NCBI GenBank assembly: GCA_964016885.1
Contig: OZ024756.1
Span: forward strand, 38,316,001-38,380,000
DNA from: Eledone cirrhosa
Taxonomy: Eukaryota
Length of the DNA: 64,000 nucleotides
Reading direction: 5' to 3'
A program made the translations under genes and the position numbers. Positions 41,110-55,778 of this stretch are shown here, in pieces; positions within the stretch are counted from its first letter, which is position 1, and every line of letters begins with the position of its first letter. Below the pieces are notes generated by a model. That model did not search any database and was not told the DNA's origin. It saw only the letters and a program-made list of their open reading frames with translations.

Positions 41110-42899
41110 TATATATATATATATATATATTTAATATATATATTTATTATATAGATATATTGTATATATTTAATATATATATAATACATATATTTTAAAT
41201 ATATATATATGTTTATATATTATATATAATATATATATAGTATATGTATTGAATATATGTATATTTTATATTTATTTTATATATAATATATACAATATTA
41301 TATATTTATTTAATATATAGATATATGTAATATATAAATATATATATTTAATACATATATGTTTAATATATATTAAATATATATACTATATATATTAACA
41401 TATATATATATATATATATATGTACATTATATATATAAATATATATACATTATATATATTAAATATATATTATATATATACATACCGAAATAAATACAGA
41501 TCGAATTTTTTTGTATATTAAATATATATATGTTATGCAAATAATATATATATATTATACATTATATATAATATATATTTAAATATATATATAATACGTT
41601 TATATATTATATATTATATATATAATATATATATATTTAAATATATTATATATTTAAATATATATATATTATATATATACATATATATTTATTATATATA
41701 TATATATTTAATATAAATATCAAATATATATTTATATATAAACATCAAATATATAATATGTATATATATCAAATATATATATATCTATCAAATATATATA
41801 TATATCAAATATATATATATATTAAATATATATATATATATTAAATATATATATACATACACATATTTATATATATATTAAATACATATATTAAATATAT
41901 ATATAGAATATTAATACAATAACAGAGATAGTTTAAAAACTAAACACTGACTGGTAACAAACATTAGGTTATATTTTAATATAAACCCAATTTAAGTGTT
42001 TGGGGTGCTAACAAAATGTATTATGTGGAAAAGCCAGTAGTATTATTTTATGAGATATAATTAAAGTTAAAATACATCTCTCTTTCCAAACAATTGTTTC
42101 ATTATAAGTTTTCTACAAATTGGGAGAATATTTGCAGTTTATGTAGAAGCCTAATATACATTCATGTAAGAATATATTTAGGTGGGCGCTTATAAATCAT
42201 CAGTGGAAGCCCATTAAACTTTAATATAAGAAAAAAATTCTTCCGCAGTTAAAAATGGTGTCTGTTAAGTTGCTCCTTCTTGCATCGAATGACCGCCAAA
42301 TTTGAAATTCCAGCAGTTTTTGACTGAGTAAGTCAAAAACTGGTGGAAGTCACTAAGCGGGAAGGGGAGACAACTACGATCCACAAAAGGAGGGAAAAAA
42401 ATAATATACACACGGGTTAATCAGCTTTTTCGAAAACATTATCAATCCAACGTGTTATATATATATATTATATAAATAATATATATATATTATACATATA
42501 ATATATATATATTATACAAATAATATATGTATATTATACATATAAAATATATATATATATAAATAATATATTATATAATATATAATATATATATATTATA
42601 CATATAATATATATACATATATTATATGTATAATATATATATATATATTCTATATATATATGGTCCTATAATATATATATATTTTATATCAAATATATAT
42701 AATCTATATATCAAATATATACATATCGAATTTATATATATGTATATTTTATATATAATATATATATATTTAATATATATATTATATATATTTCATATAT
42801 ATATACATCAAATATATATATATCTATTATATATAAATTCGATATGTATATATTCAGTATATATTTGATATATAGATTATATATATGTATATTTTATAT

Positions 42900-42936
<37 letters not shown>

Positions 42937-42937
42937 C

Positions 42938-42969
<32 letters not shown>

Positions 42970-44375
42970 ACAAATATATATAATATATATATTAAATATA
43001 TATATATAATATATATATCTATTATATATATACTTAAATATATATATAATATATTAACATATTTAAATATTTATATATATTATACATATAATATATATTT
43101 AATATATATATATCATATATTTAATATATAGATATATTGAATATATCTATATTTAATATATATATTAAATTTATATATCGATATTAAGTATATATATATT
43201 GAATTTATATATTAAATACAAATATAATATATATATATATATAGTATATTTGTATTTAATATATAAATTGGATATATATATATGTATTTAAATATATATT
43301 AATATATAAATATTGTATATATATTTAATATATATATATATATATATACACATATATATTTAAATACATATATATTATAATATATTATATATATATATTT
43401 AAATATATTATATATATAGATATTTAATATATATTTATATATACATATATATTTAAATATATATAATATATATGTATTTAAATATATATATATAATATAT
43501 AAACATATAGATATATATATATAAATATATATATTTAAATAAATAATATATTATACATAATATATATATATTATACATATAATATATATATTATGTTATA
43601 TATACATATAGTATATATATAAAACATATATATAGTTAAATATATAATATATATTTAAATACATATATATACATGTATTATATATATATATATATTTAAT
43701 ATATATATAAATTCGATATGTATATATCTTATATATAGTTGATATATATAATTAATATATTTAATTTATATTTAATATATATATGTATCAAATATACATT
43801 TAATACATATATATCATACATTTAATATATATATATCATACATTTAATATATATATATCATACATTTAATATATAGATATATTTTAAATATATATAGAAT
43901 ATATTATATATTTAATATATAATATATATATATATATTAAATATGTATAAGTATTAAATATATATACAATATATATTTATATTCAATATATTTAAATATA
44001 TATATATCTATATTACATATATATATATTTCATATATATATATCTGTATTAAATACATACATATATATTGTCTATATTTAAACATATATATTTAATATAG
44101 ATATATATATATGATTAAATATATATATTTAATTATATATATTATATAAATATATTATAAAATATAAATATATTATAAACAAATTATATAGAAATATATA
44201 TAGATATTTAAATATATATATATTTAATATATATATATATTCAATATATATTTAATATATATATATTTATATATATAATGTATATATTTAAACATATATA
44301 TATAATATATATATATTTAATTAAATATATCAATAAATTATGTAGAAATATTTATTTAAATATATAATATATATC
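41110..44375. repeat. Degenerate AT low-complexity tracts surrounding a unique-looking block at 41915-42450
   Basis: Direct inspection; 41915-42141 is repeated at 46927-47167. Confidence 0.85.
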
Positions 44376-44530
44376 TGTTATATTTTGAATACCTGATGAT
44401 GTAATCGGATTCATACTGAACCCGGTCATTGAAATGATCATAATATAATAAACCTTTCAAGCATTTACACCAGTCAAGCCTCCTGTTATTTTATAATAAT
44501 TAACTCTGTACTCGCACCACCAACAACACA
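44376..44530 (+). mobile_element. PLE pLTR-like relic with a decayed hammerhead
   Basis: CTGATGA at 44393, stem II ATCGGATTCA/TGAACCCGGT, GAAA-TGATCA-TA, then AATAAA. Confidence 0.55.
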
Positions 44531-44681
44531 TATGAAGACGTGTGAGTTGCATTATGTTGAGATTGTTGCATTACATCGAGATTGACCATACAGAATAACC
44601 AGTTCTATCCAGTGGTGAACCAATAAACCTAAATAAATATTTATTCAATATATATTTATGTATATATTTAAATATATATAT

Positions 44682-46200
44682 CCGTTCCATTATCTGGTGG
44701 GCTATTAGAAAACTAGGTGTTGATGAATGGCTTGTGAGAGCTATACAAGCCATGTATAAAGAAACAGTAAGCAAGGTTAGAATTAACAACGAATATAGTG
44801 AAGAGTTTAGCGTAAAAGTTGGTGTACATCAGGGCTCCGTTCTTAGCCCCCTACTATTTATTATTGCCCTTCAGGCTATAACAGTGGAGTTAAAGACCGG
44901 CTGCCCATGGGAACTCCTATACGCAGATGATCTAACGCTCATAGCTGAATAAATGGCCGAACTAGAGAAGAAATTCCAAACATGGAAGCATGGCCTAGAA
45001 TCAAAAGGCCTTAAAATTAACCTGTCTAAGACTAAAGTTCTAGTTTGTAGGAAGGAAAATAGGGCACCGGTCCCATCCGGGAAATGGCCATGTTCAGTGT
45101 GTAGGAAAGGATTAGGTAGAAACTCCATTTTATGTCCCAAATGCAAAGTGGGTGCATAAAAGATGTAGTGGGATCACACGTAAGCTAAGAACATAGATTT
45201 TAAATGTGGTCGGTGCTCTGGTGCAATAAGTAGCAGCAAGTGCCCACAGAATACTAGCTCATTCCATTGCACAGATGGTTCTATAGAAATAGTGGACACC
45301 TTCCGTTGCTTGGGTGACAAAATCAGCAGTGGTGGAGGGTGCTCTGAAAGTACAGTAGCTAGAGTCAGAACTGGATGGAAAAAGTTCAGAGAGCTTATAC
45401 CACTATTAGCCGCTAAAGGGTTCTCTCTAAAAATGAAAGGCAGGCTGTATGATGCCTGCATACTAACAGCAATGTTACATGGCAGTGAGACCTGGGCATT
45501 GTGTGCAGAGGATACATGCAGACTGGAGAGAAACACTGGATGTGTAACAGTAATATACGTGAACGGCAAAGCATAAACGAACTAAGGGAAAAATTAGAAA
45601 TAAGAGGGATCAGATGTTGTTTACTCGAGAGAAGACTACGTTGGTATGGTCACGTGATGCGCATGAAAGACGACAACTGTATAAAAAAGTGCAGGGCAAT
45701 AAAAATAGACGGTAGCCACAGAGTAAGCAGACCCAGAAAAACCTGGGACGACTTGATAAATTCCGACCTCACACACTTACACCTCTCCAAGACAATGTCA
45801 CTGGACCGAGATCTTTGGCGCTACACAGTAATACAGAAGACCCGCCTTACCTAAGTACAAAGTGAAACCTACTACAGTCAGTATTCACCTCTAACAAAAT
45901 ACACCCCCACACCACCCCTTTCAATGTAAAGTTATGTTGGTGCCACAACATCCAGTCTGAAACAAATGAGGTTGTGTAGGTGTCACGACAAAAAAGCACA
46001 GTCCACGCTGTAATATGGCCATGTAGGTAACACGGTGAAAACCTCCCAGACCACACTGTAAACGTGGTTGGTGTTAGGAAGGGCATCCAGCCATAGAAAA
46101 CCCGCCAGACAGTCCTATGCGAGCAAGACAACCACTCTTGCCTCAAGTGGGGAAAACTCCATGCAAGCGTGGAAGATGGACGTTAAACGATGATGATGAT
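44682..46200 (+). mobile_element. 5'-truncated, inactivated RTE lineage A copy
   Basis: Aligns to 59829-61390; premature TAA at ~44950, frameshifts and small deletions; retains YADD and the PHD finger; (GAT)n tail. Confidence 0.95.
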
Positions 46201-47344
46201 TAAATATATTTATATACATATATATTTAAATATAGATATATATATTTAATATATATAAATATAGATATCATTAATATATATATATATATATATATATTTA
46301 AATATTTATATATATATTTTGGATATTTATATATATATTAAACATATATATATATATATATTTAATATATTTAATATTTATATATTTTTGATATTTATAT
46401 TAAATATATATATTAAACATATATATATTAAATATATATATCTATATTAAATATATATATATATTATATATATATATTAATATATACATATTAAATATAT
46501 ATATATATATATATTAAGTATATATTTTTATATTAACCCTTTAATGTTCAAACCGACGAGAATTCTCTACCCCTTTCTGTTGAAACTGGCTGTAACTGGC
46601 CACTCATACTGATGTTAAGGTATTGTTCTGAAAATAAATACTTTCAAAATCTCAGATATATTTATTTAAATATATATATAGAAATATATATTAAAAAAAA
46701 ATATATATATATATATATTTAATTAGAAAGTGAACACAAAATATAACTAGCTATATTTTGTGTTGTTTGCTTTCTAATTAAATAGCTCTCTTCTATACAT
46801 AGAACACTTTTTTTCCTTTGGAATTATCTAACTCATATTTATATATATATATATATATATATAAATCCATGTTAGCATGGAAGATAGACGTTAAACAATG
46901 ATGTATACATCTATAAATATATAATTAATACAATAACAGAGATAGTTTAAAGCTAATCTCTGACTGGTAACCATCTCACTCAACAAACATTAGGTTATAT
47001 TTTAATATAAACCCAATTTAAGTGTTTGGGGTGCTAACAATATGTATTATGTGGAAAAGCCAGTTGTATTATTTTATGAGATATAATTAAAGTTAAAATA
47101 TATCTCTCATTCCAAACAATTGTTTCATTATAAGTTTTCTACAAATTCGGAGAATATTTCCAGTTTATATATATATATATGAGTATATATATGTATGAAT
47201 ATATATAAAGATATGAATATATAAGTATATGTATATATATATATATATATATATTTATTAAAATAACAGATTAAAGTTTAAGCAAAGAATCGATACTTTC
47301 ACTCTTAACGGGATCTTCTGAAACTAACAAAGTCAATCTATTAC

Positions 47345-47377
<33 letters not shown>

Positions 47378-48117
47378 TCTGTAAGTATATAGATATAATT
47401 AGTAGCTTTGGATTACAGTGTCTCGAATGAACATAATCGAGCTGATCGTCAGTGAAACATATGTAATATGTGATTAACTGTGTATTTGGCTACCATGATT
47501 CTTTGTTCTATAATTATTACTATATAATCTACTACATTAATGGCCAGACAACACAGGCCGGATATAGACCATGTAGTAACAAGGTTGGTGCCCCAGCATG
47601 GCCTCAGACATATGACTAGAACAAGTAAAAGCGTATACATATAATAAATTATATACTAATAATTGTTTCTACTTTAGGCACAAGGCCAGCAATTACCCAC
47701 AATCCCGCCGAGGTTGACTTTGCCTTTCATCCTTACGGGAGTCGATAAAATAAAGTACCAGTAATGCACTGGTTCATATACTAATAATAAAAAGGATGAA
47801 GTGTTTGATCTTCACTACATTTATTGACTAGTGACATGTTTTACGATTAATCAGCTGCAGATTTGATCATATATACTGTATATACACATAGATGCTACCA
47901 GTTCTCTGAGTAAACAACACCATACTTTGTATATCAAAAGATCGAAATAACGGAGGTAAACTTTGTTCCATCATCATGTTGTTTTCTGTTCAAGTTCTAG
48001 CTGTTGAATAATGGTTATCAACGAAATATATATAACAGTGAATATGAATAAATGAAGTTGATTTTAACCTGTCGACTTACACTTCTTGTTTATTTACATA
48101 TACATGTATAGAAGAAA

Positions 48118-48455
48118 GGAGGCAATTGGCTTAGTGGTTAGAGCATTGGCCTTGCAATCGAAAGGTTGTGAGTTCAATTCTCAGACCGGGTGATGTGTTG
48201 TTTCCTTGAGCAAGACACTTTATTTCACATTGCTCCAGTTTACTCAGCTGTAGAAATGAGATGATAGGGACTGGGGTCCCTATCATTCCACTGCAAAGTG
48301 GTCGTGTAGGTGCCACGGCAACAAAGCACCCAGCACTCACTGTAAATGAGGTTGGTGTTAGGAAGGGCATCCAGCTGTAGAAATCAAGCCAGAATCAGTT
48401 CTCGTCTCACCCTTGCAAGCAGGGAAATGTGGACATAAAATGAAATGAAAATGAT
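48118..48455 (+). mobile_element. tRNA/CORE-like SINE with RTE tail (type c)
   Basis: Homologous to 40394-40728 in the opposite orientation. Confidence 0.88.
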
Positions 48456-48464
48456 GTATACATA

Positions 48465-48665
48465 TATCATCATCATCATTTTACGTCTGCTTTTCCCTGC
48501 CTGCAAGGGTTGGACGGGTCCTAATCAGTACAGCATCTCTCCACTTGTCAAGGTCCTTCGTCATCTCCTCGGTGGTCTGCTCTCATCACCGCCCATGTTT
48601 TACGTGGTCTACCTCTACTGCGTCTCTCCAGCATCTCCGCTATCTCACCAGATCTACCCGTTAGA
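48465..48665 (-). mobile_element. RTE lineage C 3' end (short 3' UTR)
   Basis: RGRPRKTW...EEMTKDLDKWRDAVL runs directly into ACCCGTCCAACCCTTGCAGGCAGGG and (ATG)n. Confidence 0.75.
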
Positions 48666-48707
48666 GTGCCAACATATATATACATATATACATATATATA
48701 TATATTC

Positions 48708-49385
48708 TGGCTATGGAAACAGCAGTTGGAATCAAGAGGACAGAGTGAACCTAGCTAAGACAAAAGTGTTGATGAGTAGAAAAGAGGACAAAACTCTGAT
48801 TCCGTCAAGGAAATGGCCATGTTCGATATGCAGAAAAGGAACTGGCATAAATTCTATAAAATGCACACAATGCAGATCTTGGGTACACAAGAGATGTAGT
48901 GGGATAGCAGGCAAACAGGTAGGGAGAAATACGTAAGCAGTAGATGTACAGGGAAATTAGACAGTAGACGTCACATTGATAGACACATTTTTCTAACGCA
49001 GGTGGATGCTATAGAAGTGGTTGATAGCTTCCGGTACCTGGGAGATCAGATTAGCATGGGAGGGGGGGGCGTTCTGTGACCATAGTATCTAGAATAAGGA
49101 CGGGTTGGAAGAAGTTTAGGGAACTGCTTCCTCTGCTGACGAAGAAGGGTTTCTCCCTGCGTACGAAAGGCCGGTTGTATGATGCCTGTGTGAGGAGCAC
49201 GATACTGCATAGTAGTGAGACATGGGCAGCAATTGCAGAGGATATGCGACGGTTGGAGAGAAATGAGGCAAATATACTCCATTGGATGTGCGTAAACGAC
49301 CAAGCATGGATGTGTTGAGAGCAGACCTCAGATCGCTGAAGCTCACAGTGGAGATGACGAAGGACCGTGACAATAGGCAGTGATA
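48708..49385 (+). mobile_element. RTE lineage C internal fragment including the PHD finger
   Basis: VNLAKTKVLM...WPCSICRKGTGINSIKCTQCRSWVHKRCSG...EVVDSFRYLGDQ...[16 protein letters not shown]. Confidence 0.9.
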
Positions 49386-49690
49386 TACATAATGAAGATC
49401 CTGGAAGGGTTAACACCAAACTTCGGCATTGAAGACAGGACCAACCCACAATAGGACGTTAATGTGGTGCCAAAGGTCTCATCTGTCACATCGAGAATAA
49501 GGACCACAAACTGCAATAGCCTGGGGTTCAAGGGACCCCGGCTCTTTAATAAGCTGCCAAAAAATCTGAGAGATCTACATGGTGGGTATGTAGATGTTTT
49601 CAAGAGACATCTTGGCAATCTACTGACCAAGATCCCAGATTAACCCACAACACGAGGTGAAGCACAAACAAGAGCAGCAGCAACATTAAT
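49385..49690 (+). mobile_element. CR1/L2/Jockey-like LINE 3' coding remnant
   Basis: IYIMKILEGLTPNFGI and NSLGFKGPRLFNKLPKNLRDL...VDVFKRHL...KIPD-PT. Confidence 0.7.
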
Positions 49691-50388
49691 GCCAGTGCCC
49701 CAGCATGGCTTCAGCCCCTCAGCTGAAACAGAAATAAATATATATATATATAGGTGTCTGTGTGTTTAATTGAAACCAGTAAAAGAATTCAAGAATAAAA
49801 AACAAACAAGTGAAGAAAGCTGGAATGTTTATCTAAGATGTTTCTTAAAAAATAAAATGAAAAATTGAACAAAAATAGCAAAATAGCAGTAATTAGGCTT
49901 TTTTTGTGGGGTAGCGACTTCATTTATCAAGAAAGGACAGACCAAGTATGGTCCTCAGTTGTTGTTTTTTTTTGTTTATATATATATATATATATATTAT
50001 AATAATAATAATAATAATAATAGTAAAAATAATTGTTTCTACTTTTGGCACAAGGCCAGCAATTACCCAGTGTATTACTGGTACTTTATTTTATCGATAT
50101 ATATTATTTCATCGAATAATAGTAATAATAATAAATCCGAAGAGGGCTCGATAAGGATAATATATATATAAAAATATATAAAACCGTAGAGCAAATATTT
50201 ATTAAAATAACAGATTAAAGTTTCAGAAGATCCCGTTAAGGGTGAAAGCAGCAATTCTTGCTTAAACTTTAATCTGTTATTTTAATAAATAAATATATAT
50301 ATATATACACATACTAAGCATGAACCTAAGAATGCATTTTTGCATCCCTGTGTTTGTTTTGTTTTATTTGTTCAACAATGTGTGTATG

Positions 50389-50422
<34 letters not shown>

Positions 50423-50448
50423 TACATATATATATGTGTGTGTGTATG

Positions 50449-50488
<40 letters not shown>

Positions 50489-50653
50489 TACATATATATA
50501 TATACATACACACACACACACATGTATATATACATACATACACACACACATGTATATATACATACATACACACACATATATATACACACACACTCATTTA
50601 TATATATATATACATACACACACACATATATATATATATATATACACACACAC

Positions 50654-50686
<33 letters not shown>

Positions 50687-50792
50687 TATATATATATATG
50701 AAAAACCATTTTATAAAATTTATTTTCCTATAAAATTTGCTTAGTTTAGCAAATTTCAGAGCTTAATAAAACACCAGTTCATACAGTGAAAT

Positions 50793-50825
<33 letters not shown>

Positions 50826-51400
50826 AACATTAAAACAAAATGAAAGCCAATGTGTGAGAGTCAAAAAAAAGAAGAGATTTTTGTAGTAAATGGGAGAGAA
50901 ATTGTTGAAATGTAATTTTAGTTTGTGTTTGTGTGTTTAATAAACACTTTATCTTGTCGATATAACTGAGATGTTTTAAATGACTGATCATACATGAAAA
51001 CCATGTTATAAAAAATTTGAGAAAAATGTTGCACCATTTTGGTGTCAAGAAAAACAGATATAAAACATCTGGTTAATATTTTTGGGAGAATGATGAGAAA
51101 TCTCAATGAAAGCATCCTTCCTAAACATAAAAAAAAAGAGGAAACGGATTGGGAATAGAAATGTTTTCTTTACCTTTCTCATAGCATATGTCACTTGTAT
51201 TTTACTTAATCAACTGACGCCGATGTACATGATCATTGCTTGGTATTTCTACTTATTCTAGGAACTAAAAAGAAAAGGAAACCAATCATCAGAACTTCTG
51301 ACTGAGGAAGTGGTCTTTCCCAATGTTGATACTCTCTGCCAGTTGGTCACAACTCTGAGCAGAAAATATGGGAGGAATGAAACTATTTTTCAGTGATATT

Positions 51401-51643
51401 TCCATTGCTGATATTATCTGTTGGTCAGTCACAACTTCGGACAGGAAAGATCAGACTAAAGAAACCGTCTCCATTGCTGATATTATCTGCTGGTCAGTCA
51501 CAACTTCGGACAGGAAAGATCAGACTAAAGAAACCGTCTCCATTGCTGATATTATCTGCTGGTCAGTCACAACTTCGGACAGGAAAGATCAGACTAAAGA
51601 AACCGTCTCCATTGCTGATATTATCTGCTGGTCAGTCACAACT
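51401..51643. repeat. 69-bp tandem repeat, 3.5 copies
   Basis: TCCATTGCTGATATTATCTG at 51401, 51470, 51539 and 51608. Confidence 0.95.
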
Positions 51644-51820
51644 CCTGGAATTTGAACTCAGAATGCACAGTGCAGAAACAGATACTGCAAAACATCCCTT
51701 CAAGCTCTTTTTAATAATTCCACCAACCCGACTCATGGATCGGTACTTTATTTACTGAGAAGATGAAAGGCTTTTAATGACTGCTAATTTGCCACTTCTA
51801 AGGGTTATGTTTGTCTAAAG

Positions 51821-51958
51821 CAGTGGTTCCCAAAGTTCTGTAAAAAAAAGGTAGAGGAGTATATTTATATTATGACCATATAACAGTGTTAGATTTTGGG
51901 GCTCCCTGAAAAGTTTCTGAACCAAAAATGGTTCTGTGTTTGAAAAGGGGAAACCCTG
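51821..51958. mobile_element. hAT (Charlie/MER5-like) MITE
   Basis: CAGTGGTTCCCAAA ... GGGAAACCCTG with 8-bp TSD GTCTAAAG/GTCTAATG. Confidence 0.75.
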
Positions 51959-52557
51959 GTCTAATGGAAGCTTTTACAGAAGCAAATGTAAAAAGCACTA
52001 AGAATCAGAGATGTAGGTGGGGGGAGGGGGACAATTTGTTGAGAAGATGTCTGTTTTATTTTAAAAGTGGCTAGCAAGCTGCAGGAGTAGAATTTAAAAT
52101 GTGGTATATTTACAGCATAAAATATACAAGACTATAGTACCGAATAATTGAGCGTAACAGACTGGAAGTTAGCAAAAACTAAAATATATATTCTCTAAGA
52201 CCTTAGTTTTAATTATAGATGATGTTTGAATAGTAAATATACATTCTCTTAGACCTTGGTTGAACAATAGATGCCGTTTAGACAGTAAATCTGCCGTTTA
52301 GAGGTTCCAATCTCTGAACAGATCACACTAAAATCAGATATTCAGCCCACATCATACATTGTGCAGAAAACCAAAAGGTATGTTCTGCATATGACCCACA
52401 ATTCAAAAGAACATCAACCGTGCCAAACTAAGCATTATCTATAATATATAGATTGTGGGTAGCATGTTACCAACTGAACTTAAAGAGTCACCTGTGTGTA
52501 TATATATGTGTACTCTCTATATAACAAGGGTAAAAAAGATTGTTTGGGTGAGCAAGA

Positions 52558-52750
52558 TTAACCCTTTAGTGTTCAAACCAGCCAGAATTCTCTACCTCTT
52601 TCTGTTAACCGGCCACTCAAACTGATGTTACGGTATTGTTCTCAAAATAAATACTTTCAAAATCTCATAGATTCGATATTATGTGAGGTAAAGCCTTTAC
52701 CATGAAAATATAATAGTATATATAGAGTAATGTGAATGTTAAAGGGTTAA
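52558..52750 (-). mobile_element. piggyBac-type MITE
   Basis: TTAA-CCCTTTAG ... TTAAAGGG-TTAA; same family as 13859 and 20628. Confidence 0.85.
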
Positions 52751-53390
52751 ACCAAGAAATTTTCAAACTCAATGTGGTTCAATAATCAAAGAATAGATCA
52801 ATTTAACCCAGGTATAATCCATATTAAATAAAATAATGAACAGACAAGTAAGATGAGCTTGGCTAGTCTTGGGGAATCCAACTGGATCAGTTGGAGACGG
52901 TTGCTTCTGACAGGACCTGATGGAAGGAGTGTTTGAGGACTCTGTCCCCTCGATGATCTCAGGTATAAGTGGGGGAAGTATAAGTGGGGGAAGAAGAAGT
53001 GATGTTCAGTTATGGTAAAAAAAACAAAAAACTTAATAATGGGAAAATATTGCTAAGTTCCTCCAAATTCGAAAAACTTAAGACAGTGTCTTCCATTAGA
53101 AATCCTGCTGAACCTAGAAAAAGTCAACCAAGACTGCATCTGTGAGAGGTAAATGCAGAGAACAGAAATGATAAGATGGTGATGATGATAACTGTCCTGT
53201 ATTTTATATGAGATAGATAGAAATATATTATGGAGGGGGGGGGGGGTCCTCTAAAAACCAACTGGAAGTGGGGTGAATCAGGGGGGGGGGGGGGAATAAA
53301 AGAATCCTTTGCAACTAACTAACCAGCTTTTTTTTATGTCTATGGAGAAACACCAACACAGATCTAATGCCTCAAAGTTGATGATGGTGG

Positions 53391-53421
<31 letters not shown>

Positions 53422-53604
53422 GCAATCATTTAGATGTTATCAATCTCAATGATTTTCAAGACTTTTCACCAATGGAAGAGAAAACCATCCTGTCAATGGA
53501 ATCAGGAGACATTAAAAGGAATTTTCAGAAACTTTATGTTGCAGCAGTTTATATTATGATGCAGGGGTCACACTCTCTTGGTCAACTGGGTAGTGTTTAA
53601 GTGT

Positions 53605-53905
53605 AAATAGACTATGTAGCTTCACTCAAGTCTTCGTTCACTGGGGCAGTGTTTGTGTTTAACAAGTCTCTACAACTTTCACTCACATTTTGATTAACTC
53701 AAGCACAGTCTTAGTGTACCAATCCTACATAGCTTCACTCAAACACAGTATGAGTGTACCAAGTCTACATAGCTTCACTCAAACACAGTATGAGTGTACC
53801 AAGTCTACATAGCTTCATTCGAACTCAGTACATGTATAACAAGTCTATATAGCTTCACTCGAACACAGTACGAGTGTACTATGTCAAAATAGTTTCACTC
53901 ACATC
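53605..53905. repeat. 40-bp minisatellite, degenerate
   Basis: AGCTTCACTC-like motif at 53731, 53771, 53811, 53851 and 53891. Confidence 0.85.
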
Positions 53906-54191
53906 CTGCTTCACCAATCTCTAAATGAGACTTCAGTAAAGGGAGATAATTTAAGCAAGAGATCTCCCCGGCAACTAAATTTCACAACTTGCAGGGAAAT
54001 TTTAATTATTTTTCTTTGATTATAATTCATATTAATGAGAATTGTACACAACACTAAGTGAAGCACAACGGCAAAATTTAGTGCATATTTGTGTGTGTGT
54101 GTGTGTTTGAGGAACTTACTGGGGTAAGAAATGCACACCTGGATTAACTGCAGGAAGAAAATGAAATATGTGATAGAGGCAGTAGTATGGC

Positions 54192-54684
54192 GAGAGAGAG
54201 AGAGAGAGGAAGTGTGTGTATGAGAGGGAGATAGATAGGGGAAGTCTGTGTGTGTGTGAGAGAGATAGAGGAAGTGTGTGAGTGTGAGAGAGATAGAGGA
54301 AGTGTGTGAGTGTGAGAGAGATAGAGGAAGTGTGTGAGTGTGAGAGAGATAGAGGAAGTGTGTGAGTGTGAGAGAGATAGAGGAAGTGTGTGTGTGTGTG
54401 AGAGAGATAGAGGAAGTGTGTGTGTGTGAGAGAGAGATAGAGGAAGTGTGTGAGTGTGAGAGAGAGATAGAGGAAGTGTGTGAGTGTGAGAGAGATAGAG
54501 GAAGTGTGTGAGTGTGAGAGAGATAGAGGAAGTGTGTGTGTGTGTGTGAGAGAGATAGAGGAAGTGTGTGAGTGTGAGAGAGAGATAGAGGAAATGTGTG
54601 TATGAGAGAGAGATAGAGGAAGTATGTGAGAGAGAGATAGAGGAAGTATGTGAGAGAGAGAGAGAGAGATATAGATAGAGGAGA
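54192..54684. repeat. ~28-32-bp GA/GT compound minisatellite
   Basis: GAGAGAGATAGAGGAAGTGTGTGAGTGT repeated. Confidence 0.95.
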
Positions 54685-54840
54685 CAGTCTTTCAATAACA
54701 GGATCAGCATATTTTTTTGTGTCCATTCACAAAAAAGAAATGGCTTTCCAAAATAGACCTTGGATCTGAACAAATTAATGTTTGCGTGTTGGTGGGAGAT
54801 TTGGGTCCCCATTTTGTTAAAAATGATTTTACAGAATCAT

Positions 54841-55241
54841 AGTACAATCCTTCTCTCCATTTCCACGCTCAATTCCGTACACAGTCCAAACAAACATCCA
54901 ATCTCGCAAAATCCGAAATCTGTATTTTTTTTGTTATCTATTTAAGGTTTAAATACGGTGTTTTTGTCGTATTGAACAGAACAAATCTTGCAGTTTTGCT
55001 TTTTGTTAAATCGCTTGTTAAACATTCATAACCTTCCAGCTTAATTCTATCGTATTCTCAAACAAAAAAACAAAATCCTCCCCATTCTACTTATAAATTA
55101 CTTTAAATATATATAGTATGCTACTTGAAAGTCAAAAAGCCGATCCACCCCTTCACCCTCCTGCTTCTCCACGAGGGGGCTGCGGTCAGCCACTATCTCC
55201 CCCCCCCCCTCTCTTTCTTCCCCTCTATCTCTCGCTTAGCT

Positions 55242-55276
<35 letters not shown>

Positions 55277-55743
55277 AGATAAGTTTTCCTTCATGTTTAT
55301 CCACTTGCTTCAATTATTTCTATGATGGACTCATGTAAACCGTAAAGTACAATCCTTCTCTCCATTTCCACGCTCAATTCCGTACACAGTCCAAACAAAC
55401 ATCCAATCTCGCAAAATCCGAAATCTGTATTTTTTTGTTATCTATTTAAGGTTTAAATACGGTGTTTTTGTCGTATTGAACAGAACAAATCTTGCAGTTT
55501 TGCTTTTTGTTAAATCGCTTGTTAAACATTCATAACCTTCCAGCTTAATTCTATCGTATTCTCAAACAAAAAAACAAAATCCTCCCCATTCTACTTATAA
55601 ATTACTTTAAATATATATAGTATGCTACTTGAAAGTCAAAAAGCCGATCCACCCCTTCACCCTCCTGCTTCTCCACGAGGGGGCTGCGGTCAGCCACTAT
55701 CTCCCCCCCCCTCTCTTTCTTCCCCTCTATCTCTCGCTTAGCT

Positions 55744-55778
<35 letters not shown>

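Noticed and set aside
42150-42215. Minus-strand CTGATGA as another hammerhead
   Set aside because: No GAAA at the right position and no stem I pairing.
48118-48190. tRNA gene (also heads at 1680-1754, 17135-17207, 23899-23965, 40655-40728)
   Set aside because: A/B boxes are present, but there is no complete cloverleaf and each continues into a SINE body.
51368-51758. Repeat protein from the 69-bp (23-codon) array
   Set aside because: Open in two frames, lacks splice or domain evidence and runs into a SINE fragment; more simply a minisatellite.
53911-54812. 271-aa and 222-aa S/L/H/T-rich ORFs
   Set aside because: Translations of the GA/GT minisatellite.
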